A stretch of DNA of 63,149 nt, the filler included, from Octopus bimaculoides (Eukaryota), in NCBI RefSeq assembly GCF_001194135.2. It is 6 parts of 5 records of this genome, joined end to end, with 100 filler letters (N's around TTAATTAATTAA, not from the genome) between each part and the next. Parts side by side here need not be neighbours in the genome. Positions count along the whole stretch, not along the records: positions 1 to 26,472 come from NC_068989.1; 5 more parts are not named here. One strand, 5' to 3'. Each line of letters opens with the position of its first letter. The first letter of the stretch is position 1. Positions 1 to 12,199 of this stretch are shown here, one piece after another. A program made the position numbers and the translations under genes. Below the pieces are notes generated by a model, which made no database searches, was not told the origin of the DNA, and worked only from the letters and a program-made list of their open reading frames with translations.

Positions 1-125
1 AGCAGGAAGTTTAGACAGTGTCATGTGACAACTTGCTGGGGCTGCCTACTGGACCCTAGCAGCGGGAAATTTAGACAGTGTCACATGACAACTAGCTGGG
101 GCTGCCTGCTGGAGCCTAGCAGCAG
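1..125. repeat. 60-bp tandem repeat (two copies plus start of a third; truncated by window edge), in an intron of the YjbQ-like gene
   Basis: 1-60 and 61-120 align without gaps with 7 mismatches. Followed by TATAAAA at ~127, so possibly the U3 region of an LTR. Confidence 0.85.
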
Positions 126-694
126 ATATAAAAAGGGGAACTTGACATGACGATCAGTCGGACGCTGACACTCGATGCTGCATCGAAGAGGCCAGGGAAT
201 AGAAGAAAGAAGACATGCACCCAACACCAGAGCTGAAGACACCTGTCCACTTGCAACAAACTGACATCCCATTCAGAGGGAAGCTGGCCCTCAGACTCCT
301 GGGATGCAAGACATCACTATCTTACTGGAACCTTGTTGTAACCGACGGAGTGCCATGGTAAATACAGTAACTTTAAATTGGAATGGAAAAATTCTTTAAA
401 ATTATTCTAAATTTAGACCAGATTAAGTAAATCAAACTAAGTCCCTCTCAACAACAACATTTATTATCATCATTATTATTTACTAATATTATTATCATCA
501 TTAACATTCTATTGTTCTTGAATATCCATTGTAAAAAGGTCTTAATTCCTTAGAGGCTAGGTGTTGTGGAGAAAAACCATTTTTCTTTTCTAACAGAATC
601 TGAAGAAATTGCAACCAAATTTAAGAAAATAAAACTTGATTTCAATGATATAAAAATTGCACAAATGTATTTGAAGGAATTAAAATAAACTTAC

Positions 695-714
695 CGCACA
701 TCAGAATCCCAATT
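695..714 (-). CDS. yjbQ: UPF0047/YjbQ-family gene, coding exon 3 (20-nt micro-exon, NWDSDVR); gene continues beyond window start
   Basis: Acceptor tttttacctcttgcag and donor GTAAGT. Phase 0 start fits exon 2. Peptide matches the family segment NENWDxDVR. Confidence 0.9.
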
Positions 715-1801
715 CTGCAAGAGGTAAAAAAGGGAAATTATAGTTCCAAGAAAATATAAACAATTATATCAAAACAAAACTAATTCCACCAAAGACATCT
801 CTACATGTCAGACATAGGAGTCACTTCTCCAAGACATTTTATTCACTTATTTATATCCAAAGCTGTTATTTGGATCCAATTCAGTCCTTATGATCAAAAC
901 TATTCCAGTCATAAGCACCTTGTCTTTTAGAAACAAAATCCTAACCTTTTTTCTTTCTTTTCTTTTAAAACATTCGTAAATTACACAATGCTCCCACTGT
1001 ATACAACAGTGAAGTTTAAATGGATTTGGGTCATCAGTGATATGTTAAAAGGACATCACAGAGCCTCGGATGGGATCCAAAGAAGTGATTCCCCAATTAA
1101 TATTCTCCTTCTAACAAGATGCTTTCTTTAATTTTCATTCAGATATTTACAGGTAAAATACAATCTTGTCTTCAGTTAAATTTTCAGTGATAAAAAAAAA
1201 AGCAAATAACTGATACTCCATAATAATAAACTAGATTTCAATACGTAATTTAAACAAAATATTTAGCAAATTTTGAAATCTAAACATGAAATCTTTTTTG
1301 CTAAAATAAATGAAATTCTAATACCAAACATTTCATTTGATCAAAACTTAGATTATATAATCTAACAATAGTTATTGGCAACAAACAAACTTGCTGTATT
1401 AAATGGCAAATATTTACTCTTACTAAAAAGTATTGGCAACGAGAGTAAATAGTTAAGAGAGAAAACGTAAATGTGAGAACATTCCAGACAAAATGGTCTC
1501 CACCAAGCACGACATAACAGCCATGAGGGCCACATTGTGACATCATTCAACATCAGGTGAGCCACACTATAAAAGAAATTGAAGGTAATTTGTTAGGCAT
1601 ACCATTGAGAAAAGTCCTACAGGCTACATGTGACCCCGTGGCCATAGTCTGCCCACAACTGGTCCCCACTGTTAACCAAGCTAACAATTCTAATGACAAT
1701 ATATTAGTTATCAACATATGAAATGAATAAAAGAAATATTTGAATAAAGTGAAAATCATATTGTTATAAATGAATATGTAATACGAAAATACAAAACTTA
1801 C

Positions 1802-1836
1802 TTCATTTAATCCAATGCTGGCAGATGTATGTTTAA
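1802..1836 (-). CDS. yjbQ: UPF0047/YjbQ-family gene, coding exon 2 (35 nt, (I)KHTSASIGLNE)
   Basis: Acceptor attttctgttttag and donor GTAAGT. Phase 1 start fits exon 1. Encodes the hallmark HTSASxxLNE motif. Confidence 0.93.
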
Positions 1837-3492
1837 CTAAAACAGAAAATAGCAAATATGTCACACACTGACAAACCACAGCACTTTATAACTAATTCTG
1901 AGACTCTTCTAATATTTTCATTAAAATCTATTATAATCAAAGAAGTGTAAACGAGTACATATTTTGTCCTCCGTTATTCATGTCTACACAGTAAACAAAG
2001 TGTGCGAATAAATATCTGGCTATTTCCATCTGCAGAACAGTCTTAATATGCTATGTGTATAATGATGGCAAAGCACAGACGCCTGGAGTCTTGGAATAAC
2101 ATTTGTGGACTGTCTCTCAATTCTCTAATGTTTTTGTCTTCAATTTACTTAGCTAAATGAGTGATAATTACAGATGTACTCACTCACTAATTATTGCAAA
2201 CAACAAATTTATCAAGATTTCTAACTCTAATAATCAACTAAACTAACATGGAGTCTAAGAAAAACTTGAATCTTGAGAATATTGATAAAATAGAAGCAAG
2301 GCTAATTATACATTTTAACTAAAATAATTGTTTATAGATTTCATTAAGTCTAAACTTATTAAATCAAATCATTGAGCTATTTGGCATTAATGCAATTATC
2401 AAAAGATACTCTAGGTCCTACAATTACAAACTGTTCAATTGAAAATTTAAAGCCTGCTGCTTTAAATATGTCCAAGTTTAACTAATTGTAACGTGTGCAA
2501 CATCTTGACTGATGATAAGCGACAGATTTTATAATTTCACATGATTATTGTGGGCTGGATAGGAAACTCTTTCATTTAACTACCTGCCTCAGCACGGCCG
2601 CACTCCAATGAGTGAAACCAGTAAAAAATAAAAGTGGCGAATTGACAAAGTCAACATAGTATTGGGCAGAGGTAAAGAATACGCACACCACCTGGTTTCG
2701 ACGGAAACCCTAACCCTAAACACCGGGTGTGAGTATTCTTCGCCGAGCAATGTCTTTTCTAGAGTTTAGTGTTCTGAGTTCAATTTTTGCCTTTTAACCT
2801 TTCGGAATCAATAAAGAAGTAGTCCCGTTGTAAAGGGCTCTTTCTCTCTCTCTCCCAAGAATTGAGAGCCTAAGGTAATACAAGGTGGATGTTGCCATAC
2901 AAAATCTGGTTCAGTGGTCAGAAATAGACTGGACAATGAAAAGAATCCCTGTCCAGACAGTTACACTGCCTCGCACACAATTGTCTTGCTCTTCTGAGTG
3001 TTCAATATGGTTCTCAACGAAGTGGTGGGGGCGGTTGTATAGACCTGGGACAACAAATCTTTTACGAAGATTAAATAAAATGTGAAAATAACGTTCGTAT
3101 TAAATATATGAGATACGACATTCGTGCCATACAAATAAATCCTCAATTAATCATATCGCCTGCCGTTTCATGAGATATTAAGAAAGCAAATAAACAGGTG
3201 ACCGGTTTCGACTGATTTATTTTAGTTTCAACCGTTACCTCTTCTAATTTATTTTGTCACTGAAATAAAGTCAGAGCAGAATTGACCTCTACGGCGAAAG
3301 ATTGTAGGATTAGTGTTTGGGAAAGCAAAGTTCACAAAACTGGGGGAAATCATTCGCATGTTTCTGCTTAAAGTCACGACTTGGTTTGATAAATAATGAA
3401 TGGAAATAAAGATTCATTCTTTGAATATTTCCAAATAAGGAAAGATGTATCGGTTTACTTAATGGGAAAATATAAAACAATTTCAATCTTAC

Positions 3493-3628
3493 TCAGGATA
3501 TGAAGTAGGCCATGCTTTAAATTACGGATTTCTGGCATCGAGTTTTCCACTTCGTTCTGAATGAGATGACATCCTCGCTTTTTCGGTGGAACAGAGATGA
3601 TTCTTTGGTGCCAAACTGGAACCGACAT
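3493..3628 (-). CDS. yjbQ: UPF0047/YjbQ-family gene, coding exon 1 (MSVPVWHQRIISVPPKKRGCHLIQNEVENSMPEIRNLKHGLLHIL)
   Basis: ATG at 3628 in gaaaATGt context, 45 codons + 1 nt, donor GTAAGA. WxQxxIxxPxxxRGCHLI matches eukaryotic UPF0047 N-termini. The three exons join in frame. Confidence 0.92.
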
Positions 3629-5377
3629 TTTCGCCGCAAAGTAAATTACGATTTATCTCCCTTTATTTCAAGGGAGATAACTAAAAGCTCGGCTTGGAAC
3701 TGTTGCACTTTCAAAGAAATCTTTTTTTTCTTTTTCTTTGAAACGTTCTCAGCTAGTATTGTAGAAATATTTGAGGCGAAAGGGTGCCACTCTACCATTT
3801 CAAAGGTTGGCATTCTTATCTCTCTGGTGACAAGTTTTAGCCCTCAACGTCCATTTTGTTGCTATGTAGAAGTAATTTCTTTAGTTAATACATTGTCTGG
3901 CAACTGTGGTGGGATAAAAGTCATCCTTCCGTTCTGAAGTAATAATAATAATAATGAATTGTTGTATAAAGCTCAGACCCCTTATGTTATGGTTTACTCA
4001 AAAGAGAAAGGGTTACAGCCCATAACTTTTGACAGCATTTCTGAGACTTGGTTCCACAGCTCACAACAGAGCTGACTCTTCTAGAGTGACGTAGGTGTTA
4101 AATTTCAGGAATGAATTCAGTTCAACAAGAACAGTCCCTCCAACAGATTTACATTGTTTCTGTCGACCAAATTTCTCTCGTAAAACAAATGAATGAATGT
4201 ACCTTGTCTGACGTCATCACTCCTCCTATACCTTGTGCCTTATCCCTCCCCCCCCACTTCTGATCTATCCTCCTTCCTCACCTTTCCATACTGATATTTC
4301 CTCACACCACCACCCTTATTCATTACCCACTGCATTCACTCCTACCTCGATCCTTAACCATCTCTTACTCCTCCCCTCACACTCTTATGAAAGTACCCAC
4401 TCTCTCCTCTGCTCCCCACGTCCCACTCTCTGCCTCTCATCTCTTATGCACACTTTCTTGTACCCAGACACTTTGCTCTGGCATTCCCTCACTCCCATCT
4501 ACTTCCACTCCCCTCTATATATCAAGTGGAGAGTAGCCATGTCTCTCCTCTATAGTAGGAAGCCTATGCTTGTCCCTCTATCATACTTTAGCCTTTCAAC
4601 TGGCATAAAAAAAAACACCACCTCCCCCTCTCAAATACTTCACCCACCCATCCCCACTCAGTAGGAAGAGATTTTCTCTTGCAATTTACTTACCAACCTC
4701 ACTAGCGCCAGTGGCAAGAGAACACCCGTCCAGTAACACTTTGCAAAATGGTTGGTTTTTAAGGAAGGGCATCCAGACCGCCTTACTCACCATCGAAGGC
4801 ATTTTGTGTGTATGTGTTTGTCTGCACATGCGCAAAGGTGTGTATGTTTGTGTCTCCTTGTCTCGACATGTTAGTTAGGGTTAGTTGTGTGTAGCTAAGA
4901 GAGAAAACATGTTAAAAAGACGGGTCGGTTCCTCTCCAATTTTTTTGTAAATTCTTAAATATATCTCCTTCTCTGTATATATATACTACCAAACAAATAT
5001 GATTTTTATTGAACTCCTAATACTTTTTGTTCAATACTCTCTTGTAAACTGTTTTTAACATTTTCTTATTATTATCAAAGAATGTATATATGTATTTTAA
5101 TACTTTTGTGACAACCAGTACTTAGTACAACAAAGCTTTACATTTTACTTTTGACAATCTTTTTCTAAAAAAGTGAATAAACATCTTTAAAATTGCATTT
5201 TCAAACCATCTTTCATATATATTTCCACTCGTGCGGTATCTTACAACTTTACTTTCTTATAGATATATATATATATATAGTGCGTGTATAAACACAAACA
5301 TTTTTATGCAAACACACACGTGTATATAATTCATATAAATACAAACATATATATTTATATAACCACAAATCCCTTCA

Positions 5378-6740
5378 GGTAGAAACTCCATATGATGTAC
5401 CCAGTGTAAACTATGGACACATAAAAAGTGCAGCAATATCAAAGGAAGGTTAACTGAGAAAGTAGTTTTTGTGTGTGGTAGAAGAACAGGTGCAATATTC
5501 ACTGGAAATGTGCAGAAAACAACTTCTGCCACATTCCAGGGAGAAAAACTAGAAGTAGTTGATAGCTTCCATTACCTAGGTGACCAAGTCAGTAGTGGGG
5601 CAGGGTACACTGAAAGTGTAGCTGCTAGAATAAGAATAGCCTGGGCAAAGTTCAGAGAGCTCTTACCTCGGCTGGTGACAAAGGGTCTCTCGCTCAGAAT
5701 AAAAGGCAGACTGCATGACGCATGTGTACGAACAGCCATGCTACATGACAGTGAAACATGGGCCGTGACAGCTGAGGGCATGCGTAAGCTCGCAAGAAAT
5801 GAAGCTAGTATGCTCCAATGGATGTGTAATGTCAGCGTGCATACTCAACAGAGTGTAAGTACCTTGAGAGAAAAGTTGGACCTAAGAAGCATCAGATGTG
5901 GTGTGCAAGAGAGACAATTGCGCTGGTATGGTCATGTGACGAGAATGGATGAGGATAGCTGTGTGAAAAAGTGCCACACCCTAGCAGTTGAGGGAAACTG
6001 TGGAAGAGGTAGGCCCAGGAAGACCTGGGATGAGGTGGTGAGACATGACCTTCGAACATTGGGCCTCACCGAGGCAATGACTTCTGACCGAGACCTTTGG
6101 AAATATGCTATGCTTGAGAAGACCCGACAAGCCAAATGAGACCATAACCCGTGGCCTTTGCCAGGAGTGTAGTCAGCCCACTTATGTGTACCTTTCCTTC
6201 ATTTCACACTAAACTCTGCTTGCGAAGACCTGTTGAGGCAAGTGAAATCAAAATCAAATCAAATTTGCAAATTCAATGACTGGCACCCATGCCAGTGGAG
6301 CGCTAAGGGCACCGTCCAAACGTGACCGCTGCCAGAGCAGCTGACTGGCTTCCGTGCCCGTGGCACGTAAAAAGCACCATCCAAACGTGTTTGTTATCAG
6401 CATTGCCTTACTGGCACTTATGCCGGTGGCATGTGAGAAAACATTCGAGTGAGGTCGTTGCCAGTGCTACTGGACTGGCTCCTGTGCAGGTGGCACGCAA
6501 AAAACACCACTTGAGTGTGGTTGTTGCCAGTACCAGCTGAGTGGCCCTCGTGCCGGTGTCACGTAAAAAGCACCCACTACATTCTTGGAGTGGTTGGCAT
6601 TAGGAAGGGCATGCAGCTGTAGAAACTCTGCCAGATCAGATTGGAGCCTGGTTTAGCCATCTGGTTCACCAGTCCTCAGTCAAATCCTCCAACCGATGCC
6701 AGCATGGAAGGCGGACGCTAAACGATGATGATGATGATGA
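5378..6740 (+). mobile_element. 5'-truncated RTE-clade LINE: PHD-like Cys/His segment, RT C-terminus/thumb, 3' UTR with ~65-bp tandem units, (GAT)n tail
   Basis: Single frame 5378-6139 with one stop: CTQCKLWTHKKC...FHYLGD...RLRWYGHVTRM...GRGRPRKTWDEVV...DRDLWK. The 3' UTR is shared with other copies in the window. Confidence 0.9.
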
Positions 6741-7864
6741 TACCTGCATCTATATATACACATATAAGAACTGCATGAATTTACCAAAGCATTTAAAACA
6801 TTTCCATTTACCAAACTGAGGTGGAAGCCAGCAGAAGTCCTGTATAAAAAGAAACTATTACTTGACATGAAATTTCTGATGGATTCAATAGATCCAAATG
6901 TGCTTTCTTTTGGCAGAAATTGAAAAATAACCATTTATGGAGGACAAACCTTCTCTTGAGATAAACTTCAATACACACACACACACAAGAAAAAAGCCAA
7001 TTCTTTTTATTCTATGCAAGAAATTATCTTGGAAGAATGAAACACCAATTTATGAAGTTAGAGTTTTATTCTCAACGGAATTCACAGGGATGTTACAAAA
7101 AATAAGTTATCTTTGCTGAAACTCTACACAAAAATTATATATTTTTTACAAAAAATTTTGTAATTTTTTTTTTTCTTTTTTTAATATCAGCCAGTTTGGT
7201 CCTCACAACTTGTGTGATGCCAGAGAATACACAAAGAAAACCTTGAAGACACTACTTCTACTCTCAATGTTTGGATCATGACTGAGGGATTAATACAACC
7301 ATACTGTGTCATGACAGCCATTAATCCTGTAGAATGGACAAGACAGTGAAGTCTTCCATAAATGAGGAACAGAGATGTCAACTTCAATTCTTTACAAATC
7401 TCCAGAACCAAACTTAGCATCATGACCAAAACCACGAGTAAGAACTTCATAGACATATCATCCGTTATATCTGAAATCTATAAAAGTTAATTGAAACAAC
7501 ATTAATTCTTTCCACTCTGACACTCTTCTAACAGATTGTCCTTGGAGGAAATATTTTCTGGACATGAGAGCAGCTCATGGACATTCTAATCCCTTGATAT
7601 TAAGTTTCTTTCTCATAAGGCATTGTCTTATCTAGTTCAATGAAGTTAATGTCAAAAATGGTAAGAAAACCAGGAAAATCATTGGTGCAATTGTTGATTA
7701 ATATGGCAAGTTTCAGCTGCTACTGCGTTGTATGACAAGTTTAAATAAAAACCTTTTAATTCTGTTAGTCTTTCAAGAGTTTTACAGTTCTATATTTAAG
7801 AGATGAGGAATTATGTACATTATTTACATTTGACAGATATTTGTCCTCATCTTGTTTGTTGTTA

Positions 7865-7908
7865 ACACAACGTTTCGGCTGATATACCCTCCAGCCTTCA
7901 TCAGGTGT
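7865..7908 (-). ncRNA. Minimal type I hammerhead ribozyme fold
   Basis: ACAC-CUGAUGA-A-GGCUG(gagggtatat)CAGCC-GAAAC-GUU|GUGU. Intact core, 4-bp stem I, 5-bp stem II, palindromic ACGU stem III. Confidence 0.75.
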
Positions 7909-7997
7909 ATTGGGGAAAACTGACCTGAATAATAATAATAATAATAATATCGAAAAATACCTTAGGAACGAGAACCAAAGTTCGAAATTTCCCCAAG

Positions 7998-8041
7998 ACA
8001 CCTGATGAAGGCTGGAGGGTATATCAGCCGAAACGTTGTGA
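7998..8041 (+). ncRNA. Minimal type I hammerhead ribozyme fold (inverted twin)
   Basis: ACAC-CUGAUGA-A-GGCUG(gagggtatat)CAGCC-GAAAC-GUU|GUGA. Same core, one mismatch in stem I. Confidence 0.7.
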
Positions 8042-8744
8042 TAACAACAAACAAGATGAGGACAAATATCCGTCAAATGTAAATAATGTATCAAGAGTTT
8101 TGTTTTGAACTAAACTGAATAAAGATTATAAAACCCTGCCTATAAATGATGCTGTTGTGTAGCACCAGGTGAGCCCTGAACAAAAAGTCCTCTGATACGT
8201 TGGTCGTTAGCTGAATGATAAGGCACAAACTACAAATCTATCTTCCTAATTATACTGTGTCTCTAAAGACATGCATTTAGGAAGAATAAGCATGCAGGCT
8301 GATTGTGGTACTCTTCATGATCCAGTTTATTTTTGTAAGGGAAGCTGGAATATTATTTGTGAAGCAGTTGTACAAAAAGATGAAGTTCAAGGAAGAGCTT
8401 TTGCAGTTGGCACAGTGATGTATATATACATGTATGTGTGTGTGTGTATATGTTTGTGTGACGTATGAAGTGTTTAAGATGATGTTACCATATTACATCT
8501 TTCGTTAACTTTACTATTTGAAATCCAGGTTTTGAGTGCACTGAAATCTCCCTCAATCTTGGTGCAGGGTACTCTACCTGGATTGTGTAACCTAGAATAT
8601 AATGCAATAAACAACTGCTTGTTTTGTACCATACAAAAGAATCAACAACTTGACAACATACTATCTCTTGTTAAGGAAACTGGTGTAGAAGCACCATAAT
8701 CAACTGTTACAAGAGTTTACAAGAGATGCCTTACAGAGGAATAA

Positions 8745-9990
8745 TTACAGACGTATTAAATTGCTGGGCCAGGTGATGAAAGTCACTGAAAGAGTCATAG
8801 ACGAAGTAATTAAGAAGAGAGTTAACCCAGATGAAACGCAGTTTAGTCTCGTGCTGGAAAGAAACCCTACTGTTGCTCTCTTTATAGTTTGGCAACGACA
8901 GGAGGAATATTTAGAAAAGAGTCAGTTGTTCTTAGCATTTGTCTTAGTCTTTGAGAGGGTGCCTCACTGTCTCATCTGGGGGTTGTTGCAGAAGCTAGGA
9001 GTAGAAGATTGGCTAGTGAGTCCCAGTCAAATTATGTACAGGGGTGCTGTCAGCAAAGTGGGTTAGCAATGAGTTCAGTGATGAATTTAGAGTGTGCAGA
9101 GGTAGGTGTGTTCATCAGGCTTTGGCTGTCAATCCACTCATACTCAACATGGTCCTCCAAACCAGAAGACTTAAAAACTGGCTACCCATGGGAACTCCTC
9201 TATGCTGATGACCTTGTCCTTATGAATGAAACTGTAGTAGAATTAAAAATGAAAACTTCAGGTGTAGAAGCAAAACCTGGAATCAAGGGGTCTTAAAGTT
9301 AACTTAGCAAAGACCAAAGTTCTAGTTAGCATGAAAACAGACAGGACACTAACCTGTTTGGGTAAATGGCCCTGTTCTATATGTAGATAAGGTGAAGGTA
9401 GAAATTTTATATGGTGTATTCAAGGCAGACTATGGACACTAACAGGTACAGTGGAATCACAGGAAGGTTAACAGAGAAAGTAGAATATGTGGCAGATGCA
9501 TAGATGTAATAAACACTAAGAGCACAAGGAAATTAGATGTTCTGGAATGCCTGGTGAGCTTCCTACATGTTGCAAATAGTTTCAGTCAGCTGAGTGATCT
9601 AATTAGCAGTGGAGGATGAAGCTTTAAAAATATAGTTGCTAGAATAAGAACTGTACAATGCCTATGTACAGACATCAATGCTACATGGTTGTGAAACTTG
9701 AACTGTGAAGACCAGAAAGAAATGAAACCAACATGTTCTGATGGATGTGCAATATCAGTGTGCATGTAGAACAAAGTACAAATGTGGTGAAAGAGGCATC
9801 AAATGTGGTGTAAAGGAGAGAAAACTGCTGGTTAGGGTTATGTGGATGGGGTTAGGGTGACTATATTAAGGAGTGTTGATTGCTAAATGTGAAAGAAGCC
9901 TAAGTAGGAGGGGAACCCAGGGAGACATACGATGAAGTGGTGAAGATTGACCTCTCAGACGAGAGGACAGGCGACCAAGATGAATGATGT
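8745..9990 (+). mobile_element. Degenerate RTE-clade LINE (RT region)
   Basis: Frameshifted RT motifs: IKLLGQVMKVTERV, FERVPHCLIW, ELLYADDLVL, GKWPCSIC. Confidence 0.8.
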
Positions 9991-10189
9991 CCTATGCTTC
10001 AGAATAATTATCCATCTCAGCAGAGTTGAAGTTTTGCCAAACCTTTCCCCACCTCAACCCATTCTTGTGTGGTAACCTATTTCCTTCCTTCACTTTGCCT
10101 CCAGTGAACTAGTCCTCTCTGCATCCAGCTCATCCTCTCTTTCGAATCATGTCACACCATTCTCATACACTCCTTTAAGCAACTGCTGG

Positions 10190-10399
10190 ATGCCCTTCCT
10201 AATGCCAACCACTCCGAGAGTGTAGTGGGTGCTTTTTACGTGCCAGTCTGGTGGTACTGGCAATGGCCACGCTCAAATGGTGTTTTTTTGCGTGCCACTT
10301 GCACAGGAGTTAGTCCAATGTTTTGTTTACATGCCACTGGCACAAGTGCCAGTAAGGCAAAGCTGGAAACGATCGCACTCAAATGGTGCTTTTTACGTG

Positions 10400-10400
<1 letters not shown>
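10190..10400 (-). mobile_element. RTE 3' UTR fragment
   Basis: Reverse-complement match to the 3' UTR of the 5378-6740 element (ggatgcccttcctaatgccaaccactcc...gtgcttttacgtgcc). Confidence 0.7.
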
Positions 10401-10439
<39 letters not shown>

Positions 10440-10979
10440 TAATCTGGCTATTTTGAAAGTGTGCATTTCTAGTGTTGCCTTTCATCAGAGAATGTCATTT
10501 GTACAATGAATACAAGACCTGAACTGCTTCAAGTATTTTATGAATGGATACTGGTCAGACCTGTGACAAGGGAGATAACAATGGATAAACCTGTGCTTAT
10601 CATTGCTGTTGCTGTGGCCCTTGCAAGTTTCTCCTCATCAAAACGTGTATTTTCTTGGAGTATTTGTAAATGGGGATGTCCATTAGTGGTTATCTGGACA
10701 TATTGGAAAACACATTTATCAGTGTTTTAGCATTCATTTTGTAAACTGACATTTTTTGATGGTGCTTGTACATGTTGGTAAGAACATTTCTATGTCACTG
10801 ACCAACATTGAAGCCACACAACCCCTTCATGTCTAGCCGGTTACTTATCCTCTATGTTAAACAATGTTTAAGACTGCAAGATAACATCTTAGAAAGATTT
10901 GTCTTAAATTTCTTACAGGCCAAGTGACTGCATATAAGAGGAGCATTCTTCCACTCCATAGGTGTTGCCTTACCTAACA

Positions 10980-11010
<31 letters not shown>

Positions 11011-12199
11011 TGATGCCAATCATTTGAAAGTTCACTCTTGTGCTTCCCACTGACTCCAATTACACCAGATTTTACAGAACAGAAGGTGAAGGAGCCTTTA
11101 GATAACCAACTGATTTGCTGTTAATGATGCACTGTTTGTTATCTTTTGTCATTAATAATGCACCAATAAAGATACTAAACATTTTGGACCCTTACTCTGG
11201 ACAGGCACAGATATAAACAGCATCAACATAAAAGTGTTAAACTACAAAAAATAAAAAGTCACACAAGCAATTCTTCCTAGAGAAATAAATCTACTTTAAA
11301 TCTTGTCTCCAATATTGGTAACATTTTAAAATCTGGAATGTCTCATTGTCTGTTACCTTCATTTTATTTTTTTTTGTCTTCTTTCACATTTTCTTCTATT
11401 TTCATTGAAATCAATGTTCTGAGTTTATAATTGGTAGCAGATTCTTATTGAAACAGAAGACTGCTACCCCTGGGTGTTTATGAAATGGTAATGAGAAAGT
11501 GATAAATGTGGAGTGCTGATGAAAAAATATCTACATTAGTATTTGCTTGAAATCAATAAGAAATAATCAAGAAATAGTTATTTATTCTGAGAAAAACAAT
11601 CCATGATTTGATATAATTTCTTACATAACCACAAAGCTTTCTGATTTATAAGGAAACGTAAAAGACACTTGTTTTGTATTTGTGAAGTGAAATAGTTGTA
11701 CATGACGCTGATCCAACAGCCAAAAGATTCTTAAGTAGTTTCATGATAACATGCTAGCATTAACCCTTTAGCAATTAAATTGGCCAAATCTGGGCTCTCA
11801 CATCTACCCTACAATGTAATCCTAAAAATACTTTATTGCATTTGAATCTATAAAAAGTGATGATCTAACGATACAAACAATACACAAATACCAGACATGA
11901 TAGAAATGCAGGCTAAATTGTTACTGCATTTATATATTAATGTTAAGGGCTTCAAAAATTATCTCTACAAATCATATTAAAATGGGTTGTGCTTTGAATC
12001 TTAAAAATAATCTTTGTCTTCAGGTGGTCAACCATTGCCAAACAGAAACTACGGTATTAATGGACTTTCCTCCAAGAACTATATTCCCATTTGACACCAT
12101 CATCACAGGCCAAACACGGGAGGGAACTGGCTGGAAGTAACCAACATCAGTTTATCTATACAGCCATGGGTTACACATGTTATGGCCTCATGTAGATCC

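Larger units (their letters stand above)
7815..8090. mobile_element. Palindromic non-autonomous Penelope-like (pLTR-type) element with ~105-bp inverted arms
   Basis: 7815-7918 is the near-perfect reverse complement of 7987-8090. The spacer contains (AAT)n. Each arm carries a hammerhead fold. Confidence 0.75.

Noticed and set aside
3566-3937. 123-aa plus-strand ORF
   Set aside because: Overlaps YjbQ exon 1 and its promoter in antisense; no recognisable product.
10547-10702. Minus-strand frame ending in a hydrophobic tail (…ISTGLSIVISLVTGLTSIHS*)
   Set aside because: Weak acceptor, opposite strand also open, no recognisable family.
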